Assembly: GCA_017454015.1 (NCBI GenBank)
Contig: JAFTDW010000006.1
Span: 8,452 to 72,451 of the forward strand
Direction of reading: 5' to 3'
Length of the DNA stretch: 64,000 nucleotides
Origin: Bacteroidales bacterium
GTDB lineage: Bacteria > Bacteroidota > Bacteroidia > Bacteroidales > P3
Part shown: piece by piece, positions 16,816 to 26,018 of the stretch
How the letters are laid out: the number at the start of each line of letters is the position of its first letter
Numbering within the stretch: the stretch's first letter is position 1
The notes under the pieces: model-generated
The model's input: the letters and a program-made list of their open reading frames with translations, nothing else
Database searches by the model: none
Told to the model about the DNA's origin: nothing
Program-made: the position numbers and the translations under genes

Positions 16816-18303
16816 ATGAAAACACAAAGTTGCTTATGTCTGAAAAGACTCATGGTTTTCCTTATCGTAAACGCCATGCTGTTTATATCCTGTAGCAATG
16901 AACTGGATAAAACTATCCGTTCTGCTATAAGTGATGGTGTTATATCGAATGATGAATGGGAGAAGTTAAAAACTGAATCTCTCTCAACAGACCAATTCAT
17001 AGGTGAAGACGGTGGCATTGATACAGTAGAACTGAAAAACCATGTTGTGGAATATGCAAAAAGTCTGCGAGGTGTAGATAGTATTGTTTTTTCGAGTGAA
17101 GGAGAATCGGGATCCCCTATTTCTCCGATCTTGTTCAAATTTTTCCTTGAAAGAAGTGGTAGCATGATACCATACGATGCACCGAGTACAAATGGGTATT
17201 TTAAGATTGCTATAGCGGATTTGTTGTCTGCGGTGCCAAATAGTTGCGACGAAAACAACCTGATGTTTATTGTCAATAATAAGGTGACTCCTTTCCATAA
17301 AACATTCAAAGATTTTGTGCAGAGCTCTGATATAATGAAGGAGACAGATGGCTATGGAGATCCCAAATACACGGATTTCTCATGTATATTCGACTCTGTA
17401 TTGAACCGAACAAAAGATAACGAGGTAAGTATCCTTGTATCGGATATGATATACTCCGATAAGAACTATCAAAATAAGAGTCCGGAACGCATAACTGAGG
17501 AGGCCTCTCTTCTGACAAAAAAAATATTTCGTGGGCATGAGGATAAGGACATACTGATTATTAAGTTGAATTCTGGTTACAATGGTCAATATTATCCATA
17601 TAACAATCCCATTAAAGGAAACGTTTATCTTGGTAACCGACCGTATTATATGATGATAGTCGCTAAATCTGATGTTATGCATAGATTGTTCAATCTGCCC
17701 GAGTATAGTAGGTTCTGTGATTTTAAGCACCTAAAGGGATATGAAAACTATTATTGTTTTACCCGCCAGTCCGACAATCCCAAATATTCCATTCTGTTCA
17801 AGGGCAGTAGCCGTTTTAAGGCTGAGAAACAAAAAAAGACGGAGATACATAGTATCAAAAGACTTACTGCTGACCGCTCAGGGGAGACAAAATTAGTTGT
17901 TGCTGTTGACATGAGCTCCATTATTACAGAACCAGAATACTTGACAAATGTCCAAAACTATCAGGTCCAGTCAAAATCAGGCTTCGTTGTGTCTGATGTT
18001 AAAGCCATTGACAAGGCAGATATGCCTGGGGACATTTATCATTATGTTCCTACTGCGACACATCTGCTTGAACTGACGACAACAGAGGGAATAGTAAACG
18101 AAACAGTCAGTGTAAGTCTTATGAATAAGTTCCCTTTGTGGATAGAGAAATCATCAACAAACGACGACAGGAATACAAAAACACCAAGCTTTGCCAATAC
18201 TACCTTTGGCTTCAAAAGTATGATGTATGGAATATATGAAGCCATATACCCTACCATTAAGCCTCCTGTTTATTATGAACTGATACTGAATGTCAAAAAG
18301 TAA
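16816..18303 (+). CDS. vWA-like lipoprotein (495 aa)
   Basis: Lipobox (LFISCS). MIDAS-like ERSGSM at nt 17149-17166, with downstream T (YTDFSC) and SD (ILVSDMIY) at vWA-like spacing. Confidence 0.5.
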   Translation: MKTQSCLCLKRLMVFLIVNAMLFISCSNELDKTIRSAISDGVISNDEWEKLKTESLSTDQFIGEDGGIDTVELKNHVVEYAKSLRGVDSIVFSSEGESGSPISPILFKFFLERSGSMIPYDAPSTNGYFKIAIADLLSAVPNSCDENNLMFIVNNKVTPFHKTFKDFVQSSDIMKETDGYGDPKYTDFSCIFDSVLNRTKDNEVSILVSDMIYSDKNYQNKSPERITEEASLLTKKIFRGHEDKDILIIKLNSGYNGQYYPYNNPIKGNVYLGNRPYYMMIVAKSDVMHRLFNLPEYSRFCDFKHLKGYENYYCFTRQSDNPKYSILFKGSSRFKAEKQKKTEIHSIKRLTADRSGETKLVVAVDMSSIITEPEYLTNVQNYQVQSKSGFVVSDVKAIDKADMPGDIYHYVPTATHLLELTTTEGIVNETVSVSLMNKFPLWIEKSSTNDDRNTKTPSFANTTFGFKSMMYGIYEAIYPTIKPPVYYELILNVKK

Positions 18304-18336
18304 TAATTATTAATCTAAATTAAAAACTTAAATATC

Positions 18337-18795
18337 ATGAAAAATCCCAAGAATTCAAAAAAAACAGACTGGATATGGCTGATGGCAGGTCTTACAGTCA
18401 CTGCCTTGTTCTTGATTTTTAGTACAAGTGTCTATGAATTGTTATATTACGATGGGGAATTTTCCAATGAAATGTATAATAAAAATATGTATCTTGTTGT
18501 TGCTGGGTTAACCTCCCTTGTCGTATGGTCTACGGCTATTCTGTATTATTGGATCATTGATCATTTCGAAAGGTGGTATCATTGGTTGGTCGCCGTTGTA
18601 TTGGTGGTTGTACTATCTCCAGTTGTTGTGTTTTCACATTGTGCTGGCTACTTCTATGATAGCAACCTCGATGAACTTATATCGCCATTGGTTAATTTCA
18701 ATATCATTAATACAATAGTGGCGTTAGTGCTCTTTTTTATTGTTTGTCTCTCAGTAAAGCATCTTAGCCGCCATTGTTCATCAACCCCATTTTAA
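18337..18795 (+). CDS. Small membrane protein with four predicted TM helices (152 aa)
   Basis: Four hydrophobic stretches of about 20 aa (WIWLMAGLTVTALFLIF; LVVAGLTSLVVWSTAILYYWII; WLVAVVLVVVLSPVVVF; IINTIVALVLFFIVCLSV). Confidence 0.6.
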   Translation: MKNPKNSKKTDWIWLMAGLTVTALFLIFSTSVYELLYYDGEFSNEMYNKNMYLVVAGLTSLVVWSTAILYYWIIDHFERWYHWLVAVVLVVVLSPVVVFSHCAGYFYDSNLDELISPLVNFNIINTIVALVLFFIVCLSVKHLSRHCSSTPF

Positions 18796-18845
18796 TCAAT
18801 AGTGACATCAACGTTTTTAATAGCATAACTTAAAACATTAACAAT

Positions 18846-20435
18846 ATGAGATTATTTGTATTTGCAATAGGTGGCACAGGCTCGCGAGTACTCACCTCCT
18901 TGATAATGATGCTGGCAGCTGGTGCCAGACCTAAAGACAACAATGGAAGATCTATAAATAATTTGTCCATTGTCCCAATTATCATCGATCCGCACGAAAC
19001 CAACGATGCCCTAACTAAAGTTGAAGAACTTTTGAGAAGGTATCGTACCATGCACCGCAGAATCCACGGGGATAATCCAAACAATGAAGGCTATTTTGGC
19101 GTAAAAATAGAAACGCTCCAAGAAGTCGAGCCCCAACGCGTTAATAATGACACTTTCTTTTTCAAAATGACAAAAGTCAGTGAAAGTGCATTTAGTAAAT
19201 TCATCGACATAGAGACAATGGAACTAACTAATAAGCTTTTTGCCAAGATGCTATTTTCACAGGATGAATTAAACACAAAGATGGAAGAGGGCTTTTATGG
19301 TTCGCCAAATATCGGGTGCATTGCGTTAAACGAGTTCAGAAAGTCTCCTGACTTTAATGCTTTCAGAGCTGCTTATAGTGAAGGGGACAGGATTTTCTTC
19401 ATCGGTTCTATTTTTGGTGGTACTGGGGCGTCGGGTTTGCCACTATTCATTTCATCTATTCGAGAACTTGTCAATCTTGATAATGGCGACGGTGCCGCCG
19501 ATGGCAGGGTCAACTGTGCAGAAGCTCCTATCGGAGCTCTTATTGTCATGCCATATTTCAGTATTGCCAATAATAATGGTGGAGCAGCTGGCGGAACCCA
19601 AATAAGAGATAGCGAATTTATTGTGAAAACTAAATCTGCTTTGCGCTACTACCACTCCAATCTCAATAGATACATCAACAGGACATACTACATATCCGAC
19701 CCGAAGGGTACTGCAGGATTTACTTATGATCCAGGTGGAGAAGGGCAAAGAGAAAACAAAGCACACATTGTAGAATTTGCTGGTGCATTAGCCATGTTCG
19801 ATTTTCTTGCTATAAATGACGATGGTTTAAACGTCAATAATCCAGATGGCGGTGAAAGAATAACCGCAGTGGCGCCACTATATAAGAGTTATGGATTGAA
19901 CACAGATGATGCATATATTCATTTTGCTGGTTTGTCTAGACAAACCAACCGGGTGATATTGAATGCAATGATGGGTTTCTATATGTTAAGGCAATTTATG
20001 AAGAATCACATGGGGGATATGCTTACTAAACCCTTTGCAAATCAATACGATAAGAATCTTACAGAAGCCTTATATAGAGAAGATGAAATAACTGGGATAT
20101 TTAATATGTTTGACGAATGGATTAGTCAAATGAAGGCTCATGGCAATGGAGCTAACAATCTCCAACTGTATGGTGATTATAGCGCACAAGATAAGGATTT
20201 CTCTAACTTGTTCTTTGGCTCGCCAGAAACCAAAACATCACGTCTTTTGGGACTCAAAGGCTCTGTGAAAATAAATGATGTTGTAAAAGCTCTAAACGAG
20301 GCCGCAGAAATCATAGGCAATATGGATTCGCCTAATAATGGTGAGGTTGCGTATGCTAGGTGGTATAATGTCGCCTACAGGGCAATGAATAACATAATTG
20401 ACAATAAATTTGATATAACAACTCTAATACAATAA
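18846..20435 (+). CDS. Divergent tubulin/FtsZ-superfamily-like GTPase (529 aa)
   Basis: N-terminal AIGGTGSRV (GGTGS = nt 18870-18884) and FGGTGASG (nt 19416-19436) match the T1 loop and the [SAG]GGTG[SA]G T4 signature. Confidence 0.55.
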   Translation: MRLFVFAIGGTGSRVLTSLIMMLAAGARPKDNNGRSINNLSIVPIIIDPHETNDALTKVEELLRRYRTMHRRIHGDNPNNEGYFGVKIETLQEVEPQRVNNDTFFFKMTKVSESAFSKFIDIETMELTNKLFAKMLFSQDELNTKMEEGFYGSPNIGCIALNEFRKSPDFNAFRAAYSEGDRIFFIGSIFGGTGASGLPLFISSIRELVNLDNGDGAADGRVNCAEAPIGALIVMPYFSIANNNGGAAGGTQIRDSEFIVKTKSALRYYHSNLNRYINRTYYISDPKGTAGFTYDPGGEGQRENKAHIVEFAGALAMFDFLAINDDGLNVNNPDGGERITAVAPLYKSYGLNTDDAYIHFAGLSRQTNRVILNAMMGFYMLRQFMKNHMGDMLTKPFANQYDKNLTEALYREDEITGIFNMFDEWISQMKAHGNGANNLQLYGDYSAQDKDFSNLFFGSPETKTSRLLGLKGSVKINDVVKALNEAAEIIGNMDSPNNGEVAYARWYNVAYRAMNNIIDNKFDITTLIQ

Positions 20436-20442
20436 TCAAGTC

Positions 20443-23400
20443 ATGACAACACTAGAGTATCGTGAAAATGGCAATCCGGGATGGACTGCATGCAATGAAT
20501 ATACAGAACAACAGATAAATGCTATTCTAAACCCCAATAAGGTGGATTCCACAAAGATTTCTGTTCCATCGCCTTTTGCGCGGTTCGATTTGGTTCAGAA
20601 GGCTTTCTCTTGTCTGGCGGGAAATGCAAATGGATCTGAGCCCGACGACATAAAGCGTGTCTCCAATGCTCTCGATATGTATGAACTTTTTTATGAGAGT
20701 GCCGGTGGCGGGAACTTAAATATAGTAGAATGGCAAAAAAACGTAGCCATCGGCGAATTGCTTGACGGAAAATCCCTCCAGCATGAATTATATGGTGATG
20801 CCTTGAACCTATACATGGGTTTTGAGAATTATGGTTTCAGAGGAGATAATGTGGTAATTCACATAATTACTGATGAAAATGGGGATCCTATTGGCTGTAC
20901 ATCACCAACGTCAATGTTCTTGTCTGCCCCAGAATATGATTGTAAGCCGTTGGATAGGATAAGAATTGAGGGTGATAAGCCACTGTTTGGAGGTCCTCGC
21001 ATGTTGTGGGAACGTGACAATGACTTCATTCTGTACGTTTACCGGCAAGAGGCATATATGAGGGGTTGTGGAATCCAAATGGAAACACTACAGTCTTTCT
21101 TTACATACCTCGCAAGCCAGCGTGAAGTGATTAAGACTAAAAAGCTGGATATATACAGGATAATTAATAATCTTGTGTACGGCGAGAATGAAATGGAAGC
21201 GGATTATGAAAGAACAGATTGCTATGTTTTAGGTTGTGGGTTGTTCACCCGTAGAAGACAAAATGTTGCTGACAGGATTCGTAATACAAGTGACTTTACC
21301 ATACATTCAGACAAAACCAATAGTAGACCGTTGGTCTTGACCAATAGTAGCGCGGCTACATATAATGGTTGGAACTATCTTTCAGAAACTATCAGGTTCG
21401 ATAGCAACGAACATAAGATAAATTATCAGCAAATAAGATTAGATGAGACCCGTCATAAGTTGCCTGGTACAAATGTTGATTATGATGAAGGTTGGCTTTG
21501 TGAATGTGATTTTTTGTCTGATGTACTGGTTCAATTGCCATACCCCTTGGATTGTACCCATTTCTTCAATGGCAATATGGATACACCAATCAGACAGACT
21601 AAATATTATCTGCCACCAATCCGTTCAAAATATTTTGAGTTTTTCAATGTGGATACCCTTTATGATTCCCAAAATAGAAATGACAGAAATGGTAATGCAA
21701 AAAAACTAGAAATCAAAGAGGTTGAGAAAAATGGGAAACTCGAAAAGGTGGTGGTTAGTCTATTGATTCCTGTATCCCAAGGCCGCAGAATGGTTAAGCT
21801 TGTTAGAGAATATTTACCTGGTGAATTTGAATTAAACACAGCCGGTAGTCTCAGAAATGATTCTGCTGTGGGTCATATCGCCAAGTGTCCTATTGTTGTT
21901 AATATCTTTCCTTTTGTGCGTCTGGAAACCAACAATTATTACAAAATCCAGATGATTGATTTATTCAATAATGGAAAAGGTGTAATTGTAACGATGCATG
22001 CCGTTGGTAATGGTGAAATTGAATGGCAAAGTGAATATAATCGTTCAGCAAAAAATACTTATAAAACTTATTATTACGCTTTGAATGAGGCGTTTGACTA
22101 TTTGCGGCTAAAAATAACTAATGGCCAAGTTTGCCACGAATCCATTTTAATTCCTAAGTGGGAAGGTGCTGTTGATCAGGGGAATATTAGGTATAAGTTT
22201 GCATTTGACTTTGGTACAACCAACACCCATATCGCTGTCCGAAATATGGATAATGGTGAATTTATGGATTTCGCTATTGGGAGGTCTATGGTGTCAACAT
22301 TCAACCAAAACCAGGCAAGGAGGAATGTTTATAATCAGGAAGAACAGAAGAATTTTGATTTTTTTGAAATATTGCAGAAACAAGAATTCGTTCCTAATGA
22401 AATAGCAAATGGGGCTATATGCAAGTTCCCAATCAGGACTGTGGCTATGCGTAATAGAAACCTTGAAATAGATGGAACTGTACCAGAGGCCTTGGTGCAT
22501 GTAAATATTCCTTTTATATATGGTATAGAAGACTATGGCACTCAAGAGAATTTTCTTGTACCGAATCTGAAATGGGCAAGAGAAGATGCTGCCAATAAGT
22601 TATCCAGCGCGTTCATTGAGGAGTTGGTTGTTTTGGCAAGGATTTTTGCTTTAGAGCATGATGGCAATTTGGCTGCGTGTTCATTTGTGTGGACGTATCC
22701 ATTAAGCATGGTTTCGGGAGTAGTCAATAGGTTTAATGAAAAATGGCAAAGATATTTTGGGAAATATTTCTTGGGTAAGGAAAGAGCAGTCCCAAATAAT
22801 TGTGTGAAGAAAATGTCGGAATCTATAGCCCCAGTTTTCTACTACATGGATGATGGAGAGACATTAGAGAATATGACCTTGTCAATAGATATAGGTGGGG
22901 GAACATGTGATGTTGTCATAAAAAATGGTGACAAGATTAGTTTTACATCGTTCCAATTCGCGGCTGATGTAATCTTTGGTGCAGGGAAAGTCGGCAATAA
23001 CCCGATGATAAAAAAACACTATCATTCTGGAGACTTAAAAGGTATCTGTGAAAAGAAAATGCCAGAGGAGGCGTATAATTCCATTTTAGCAGATGATAGT
23101 GATTCCTCAGAAGCAAATTCATTTTTGTTCGGCCTTGAGAGCAATCCGCGGCTTGCAAACGAACCACTCGAGAGAAAGTCGTACAATGCAAAACTTAATG
23201 GTGATAATTATCGCAAAGTTATTTTCCTCTATTTTTATGCGTCGATTATTTATTATTTGACTAAGTTATTACAGGACTACAGATATCCGCAACCATGCAC
23301 TTTTATGTTTAGTGGCACGGGATCAAAAATACTGAGCATTATTGGGAATAATGATAATATAAGAAAATATACCACTGATTTGTTGAACTTGTTTTCAGAA

Positions 23401-23946
23401 GGAGAGTTCAAGTATACTCGTAATATAGATATCTTGATAGAGAGCGAAGAACCTAAGCAAATCACCGCAAAAGGTGCTCTCCATGAAGTGGCCGCTGATG
23501 ATAAACAAGACCCCGCAACTTTCTTTGCGGATCCTGATAATGTTGAAAGAGCGACTATTCACTACTCGTTGTACTATAATGAAGATAAGGATGGTGGGCC
23601 TATTCCATTGAATAATAAAGATTTGAAAAATGATGATCTTTTGAAAAATGTTTGCGAAAAAGTCAAAGCCTTCAATGAGGTGTTTTTAAATTGTATCAAT
23701 AATTTGAGCTTTGAAGATAAATATCTTTGCGATAAAAAAGGTATAAGTAAAATGTCTGAAATCCTCCGAGCTGAAAATGACAGGTTGCTTGACTATATGA
23801 AAACAGAAATAGAAAAAGAAGATAGAGTCATAATTCAAACTGATCCCCAAAGTATGTTTAAGGGGGCACTCTTCTTCTATCCAATAAAACAATTAATACA
23901 GCGCACAATAATGCCTAATTTTAATGAAGACCTTGCAGAAAATTAA
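20443..23946 (+). CDS. 1167-aa protein: unrecognised N-terminal half plus C-terminal Hsp70/actin-fold (ASKHA) ATPase-like domain
   Basis: Phosphate-1 AFDFGTTNTHIAV (nt 22201-22239), phosphate-2 LSIDIGGGTCDVVI (nt 22879-22920) and adenosine-like FMFSGTGSKIL (nt 23302-23334) occur in canonical order and spacing. Confidence 0.7.
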   Translation: MTTLEYRENGNPGWTACNEYTEQQINAILNPNKVDSTKISVPSPFARFDLVQKAFSCLAGNANGSEPDDIKRVSNALDMYELFYESAGGGNLNIVEWQKNVAIGELLDGKSLQHELYGDALNLYMGFENYGFRGDNVVIHIITDENGDPIGCTSPTSMFLSAPEYDCKPLDRIRIEGDKPLFGGPRMLWERDNDFILYVYRQEAYMRGCGIQMETLQSFFTYLASQREVIKTKKLDIYRIINNLVYGENEMEADYERTDCYVLGCGLFTRRRQNVADRIRNTSDFTIHSDKTNSRPLVLTNSSAATYNGWNYLSETIRFDSNEHKINYQQIRLDETRHKLPGTNVDYDEGWLCECDFLSDVLVQLPYPLDCTHFFNGNMDTPIRQTKYYLPPIRSKYFEFFNVDTLYDSQNRNDRNGNAKKLEIKEVEKNGKLEKVVVSLLIPVSQGRRMVKLVREYLPGEFELNTAGSLRNDSAVGHIAKCPIVVNIFPFVRLETNNYYKIQMIDLFNNGKGVIVTMHAVGNGEIEWQSEYNRSAKNTYKTYYYALNEAFDYLRLKITNGQVCHESILIPKWEGAVDQGNIRYKFAFDFGTTNTHIAVRNMDNGEFMDFAIGRSMVSTFNQNQARRNVYNQEEQKNFDFFEILQKQEFVPNEIANGAICKFPIRTVAMRNRNLEIDGTVPEALVHVNIPFIYGIEDYGTQENFLVPNLKWAREDAANKLSSAFIEELVVLARIFALEHDGNLAACSFVWTYPLSMVSGVVNRFNEKWQRYFGKYFLGKERAVPNNCVKKMSESIAPVFYYMDDGETLENMTLSIDIGGGTCDVVIKNGDKISFTSFQFAADVIFGAGKVGNNPMIKKHYHSGDLKGICEKKMPEEAYNSILADDSDSSEANSFLFGLESNPRLANEPLERKSYNAKLNGDNYRKVIFLYFYASIIYYLTKLLQDYRYPQPCTFMFSGTGSKILSIIGNNDNIRKYTTDLLNLFSEGEFKYTRNIDILIESEEPKQITAKGALHEVAADDKQDPATFFADPDNVERATIHYSLYYNEDKDGGPIPLNNKDLKNDDLLKNVCEKVKAFNEVFLNCINNLSFEDKYLCDKKGISKMSEILRAENDRLLDYMKTEIEKEDRVIIQTDPQSMFKGALFFYPIKQLIQRTIMPNFNEDLAEN

Positions 23947-24016
23947 GAGCCGTTTGAAGCAGAAAATGCAAGATTTGTCAAGTTATAAGATGTGTCATTA
24001 ATAAACCACAAAGATA

Positions 24017-24814
24017 ATGAAAAGAATAGTTGTTTTATTGCTGGCTGCATTTTTGGTAAACATCAATGTTTGTTGCAAGGATTTGCACAGACCATCCTCG
24101 CGCAATGTGGATAGCGTGCAAGCCGTTGAAACAGATAGTTCAAACGATCATCCCTCCCAAGATAGAGACAATAAAAATAAGAATAAGAGTTTCCCCAATT
24201 TGTCCTTTATAACTGCAATACTGGCTTTGGCGTTTTCCATATATCTCTTTTCGGAACTTAATAAATTGAAAAATGACGTACAGGCAAAGTTTAAACGTAG
24301 AAAAGAGGCTCATGTCTTATTGGAAAATAAAATGTCGAAATTTGAGAACGATTTGGAAAAGAATAGGGGCGTGATTACCGAGCTTAAGCGGCAAATGGCC
24401 GAAAGCGTCAGCCATATTAAAGAAAGCCAGAGCAATACGGTTTCGGAAAACAGTCACATGGATATTCCTCAGCCATCGGATAGTGTAAATAAAAAACAGG
24501 AAAAAAGACCAAGTGAGCTATATTGTGGGGCACCCGTCTCCAGCTGTTTTGAAGTCTCTGAAAGTTACTATCCAGGAGCACTGTATAAAATTGTAGTAAA
24601 TGGTAGTGGTACTGGAGATTTTGAGTTTGTTGATAGCATTGAAGCACTGGAGTGTGCGCAGATGTCTAGAACATCGTTTCTTGAGCCAGCTTGCAATGTT
24701 ATTAACAATGATATAGCGCGCTTTGACCACATATATACAGAGCGCAATGGAAAAGTTAAGAAAACTAACGATGGATGGGTGATTGTTGAGAAAGCTGTTG
24801 TACGCCTCGTATAA
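24017..24814 (+). CDS. Membrane protein with signal/TM segments, a coiled-coil stretch and a Cys-containing C-terminal domain (265 aa)
   Basis: N-terminal hydrophobic segment, a second TM (FITAILALAFSIYLF), then a heptad-like KLKNDVQAKFKRRKEAHVLLENKMSKFENDLEKNRGVITELKRQM. Confidence 0.5.
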   Translation: MKRIVVLLLAAFLVNINVCCKDLHRPSSRNVDSVQAVETDSSNDHPSQDRDNKNKNKSFPNLSFITAILALAFSIYLFSELNKLKNDVQAKFKRRKEAHVLLENKMSKFENDLEKNRGVITELKRQMAESVSHIKESQSNTVSENSHMDIPQPSDSVNKKQEKRPSELYCGAPVSSCFEVSESYYPGALYKIVVNGSGTGDFEFVDSIEALECAQMSRTSFLEPACNVINNDIARFDHIYTERNGKVKKTNDGWVIVEKAVVRLV

Positions 24815-24863
24815 TAAATCTGTACCAGAGGAGTAAGTTGATTTTAGTCAAATGGAATGATAC

Positions 24864-26018
24864 ATGAAACAAACTTGTAGAAATTGCAAGACTGTTATTG
24901 AGATAGACGAAAGCGAGCACAAAGAGGGCGAAACTGTTTTGGTGAAGTGTTCAGTATGTGGTACAATGACTGAATTTAACATACCAGTGTCGCAACCGGA
25001 TGATTCGAAAAAGTCTGATAACAATGGTATGGCTGTTATTGTATCGGAAGGGGTGCCTATTGCGCCGAATGGTAAAGACAAGAAAAATGATAACGGCAAG
25101 CAAAAGAAGGGTTCAGTTGAAACAAAGGTGAATGATAAGAGCCATAAGCCTGAAGTAAAAGAACAGAGTGCAGATTCTGCCATGTCAGGGAAAGGTGGCT
25201 GGACTCTGGGAGAAGGAAAGAACTCAGGCCACGTTCCCCCGCGCCCCCCCACCCCAAAAAATTTTTTGATAGTGTCAATTGTTATTACTGGTTTAGCACT
25301 TATTGTGGGAGGTTTCTTTCTCTACAAAAACGTATTCCTTCCCCGGAAGATTGATGCAGAGGCTCCAAGATATTATACTATAGCAGAACCATACCTTGCA
25401 CTACGTTCCACCCCATCTGCGGGAGGAGTTTACAATAAAGTTGACGAACTCTATTATGGCACGGAACTAATAACATATGATGTCGACTCAAAATGGTTGA
25501 AAGTCAAAACGGAAAAGACTTTTGACAAAAAGGAACAAAAAAGTGGTTACGTTGCTGCTGAACATGCTTTAAGCAAGCGTGATTTTTTCATTTTAAACAG
25601 CATCTGGGGCGATTATGAAAGTAAAAAAGTGATCGAGACAACAAAATGCAGAAAGGCAATTCTAAACTATTATAATAAGAACGGCTATATTGGTTCAATA
25701 TCCAAAGAAGAATTGGAGGCAGCTGAAATAGGAATAACCCCCAGCCCGGCAAATCAATGGCAGATTTTTAGCAAGAGTCCTAAGTCCCCCAACAACACCA
25801 CATATTTTAAAAGGCTGATAAATCCCAATTCAAAATTCACTGATTTCGCTGTCATTATACAAAACATTAATACAGGGAGAAGAAAACTTCTTTATTTCTA
25901 CTTTCTGGATGACGAGACGCCTGTTCTGTATCGTGACATATATGCGCCCAGAACTGGCTATATCAAACAAATAAAGCTTTTACCTAATCAAGAACTCTCT
26001 GTCGAATATACACCATGA
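24864..26018 (+). CDS. Zn-ribbon / Lys-rich linker / single TM / SH3b-like domain protein (384 aa)
   Basis: CRNC...(19 aa)...CSVC at nt 24879-24968, TM FLIVSIVITGLALIVGGFFLY, and an SH3b-like ALRSTPS...GTELITYDVDSKWLKVKT...GYVAAEH. Confidence 0.55.
   Translation: MKQTCRNCKTVIEIDESEHKEGETVLVKCSVCGTMTEFNIPVSQPDDSKKSDNNGMAVIVSEGVPIAPNGKDKKNDNGKQKKGSVETKVNDKSHKPEVKEQSADSAMSGKGGWTLGEGKNSGHVPPRPPTPKNFLIVSIVITGLALIVGGFFLYKNVFLPRKIDAEAPRYYTIAEPYLALRSTPSAGGVYNKVDELYYGTELITYDVDSKWLKVKTEKTFDKKEQKSGYVAAEHALSKRDFFILNSIWGDYESKKVIETTKCRKAILNYYNKNGYIGSISKEELEAAEIGITPSPANQWQIFSKSPKSPNNTTYFKRLINPNSKFTDFAVIIQNINTGRRKLLYFYFLDDETPVLYRDIYAPRTGYIKQIKLLPNQELSVEYTP

Noticed and set aside
14864-18303. Complete TerY-P (vWA + PP2C + Ser/Thr kinase) triad
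   Set aside because: No kinase-like motif set (GxGxxG...K, HRD, DFG) was found in any island ORF. The vWA-like protein is also exported, unlike cytoplasmic TerY.
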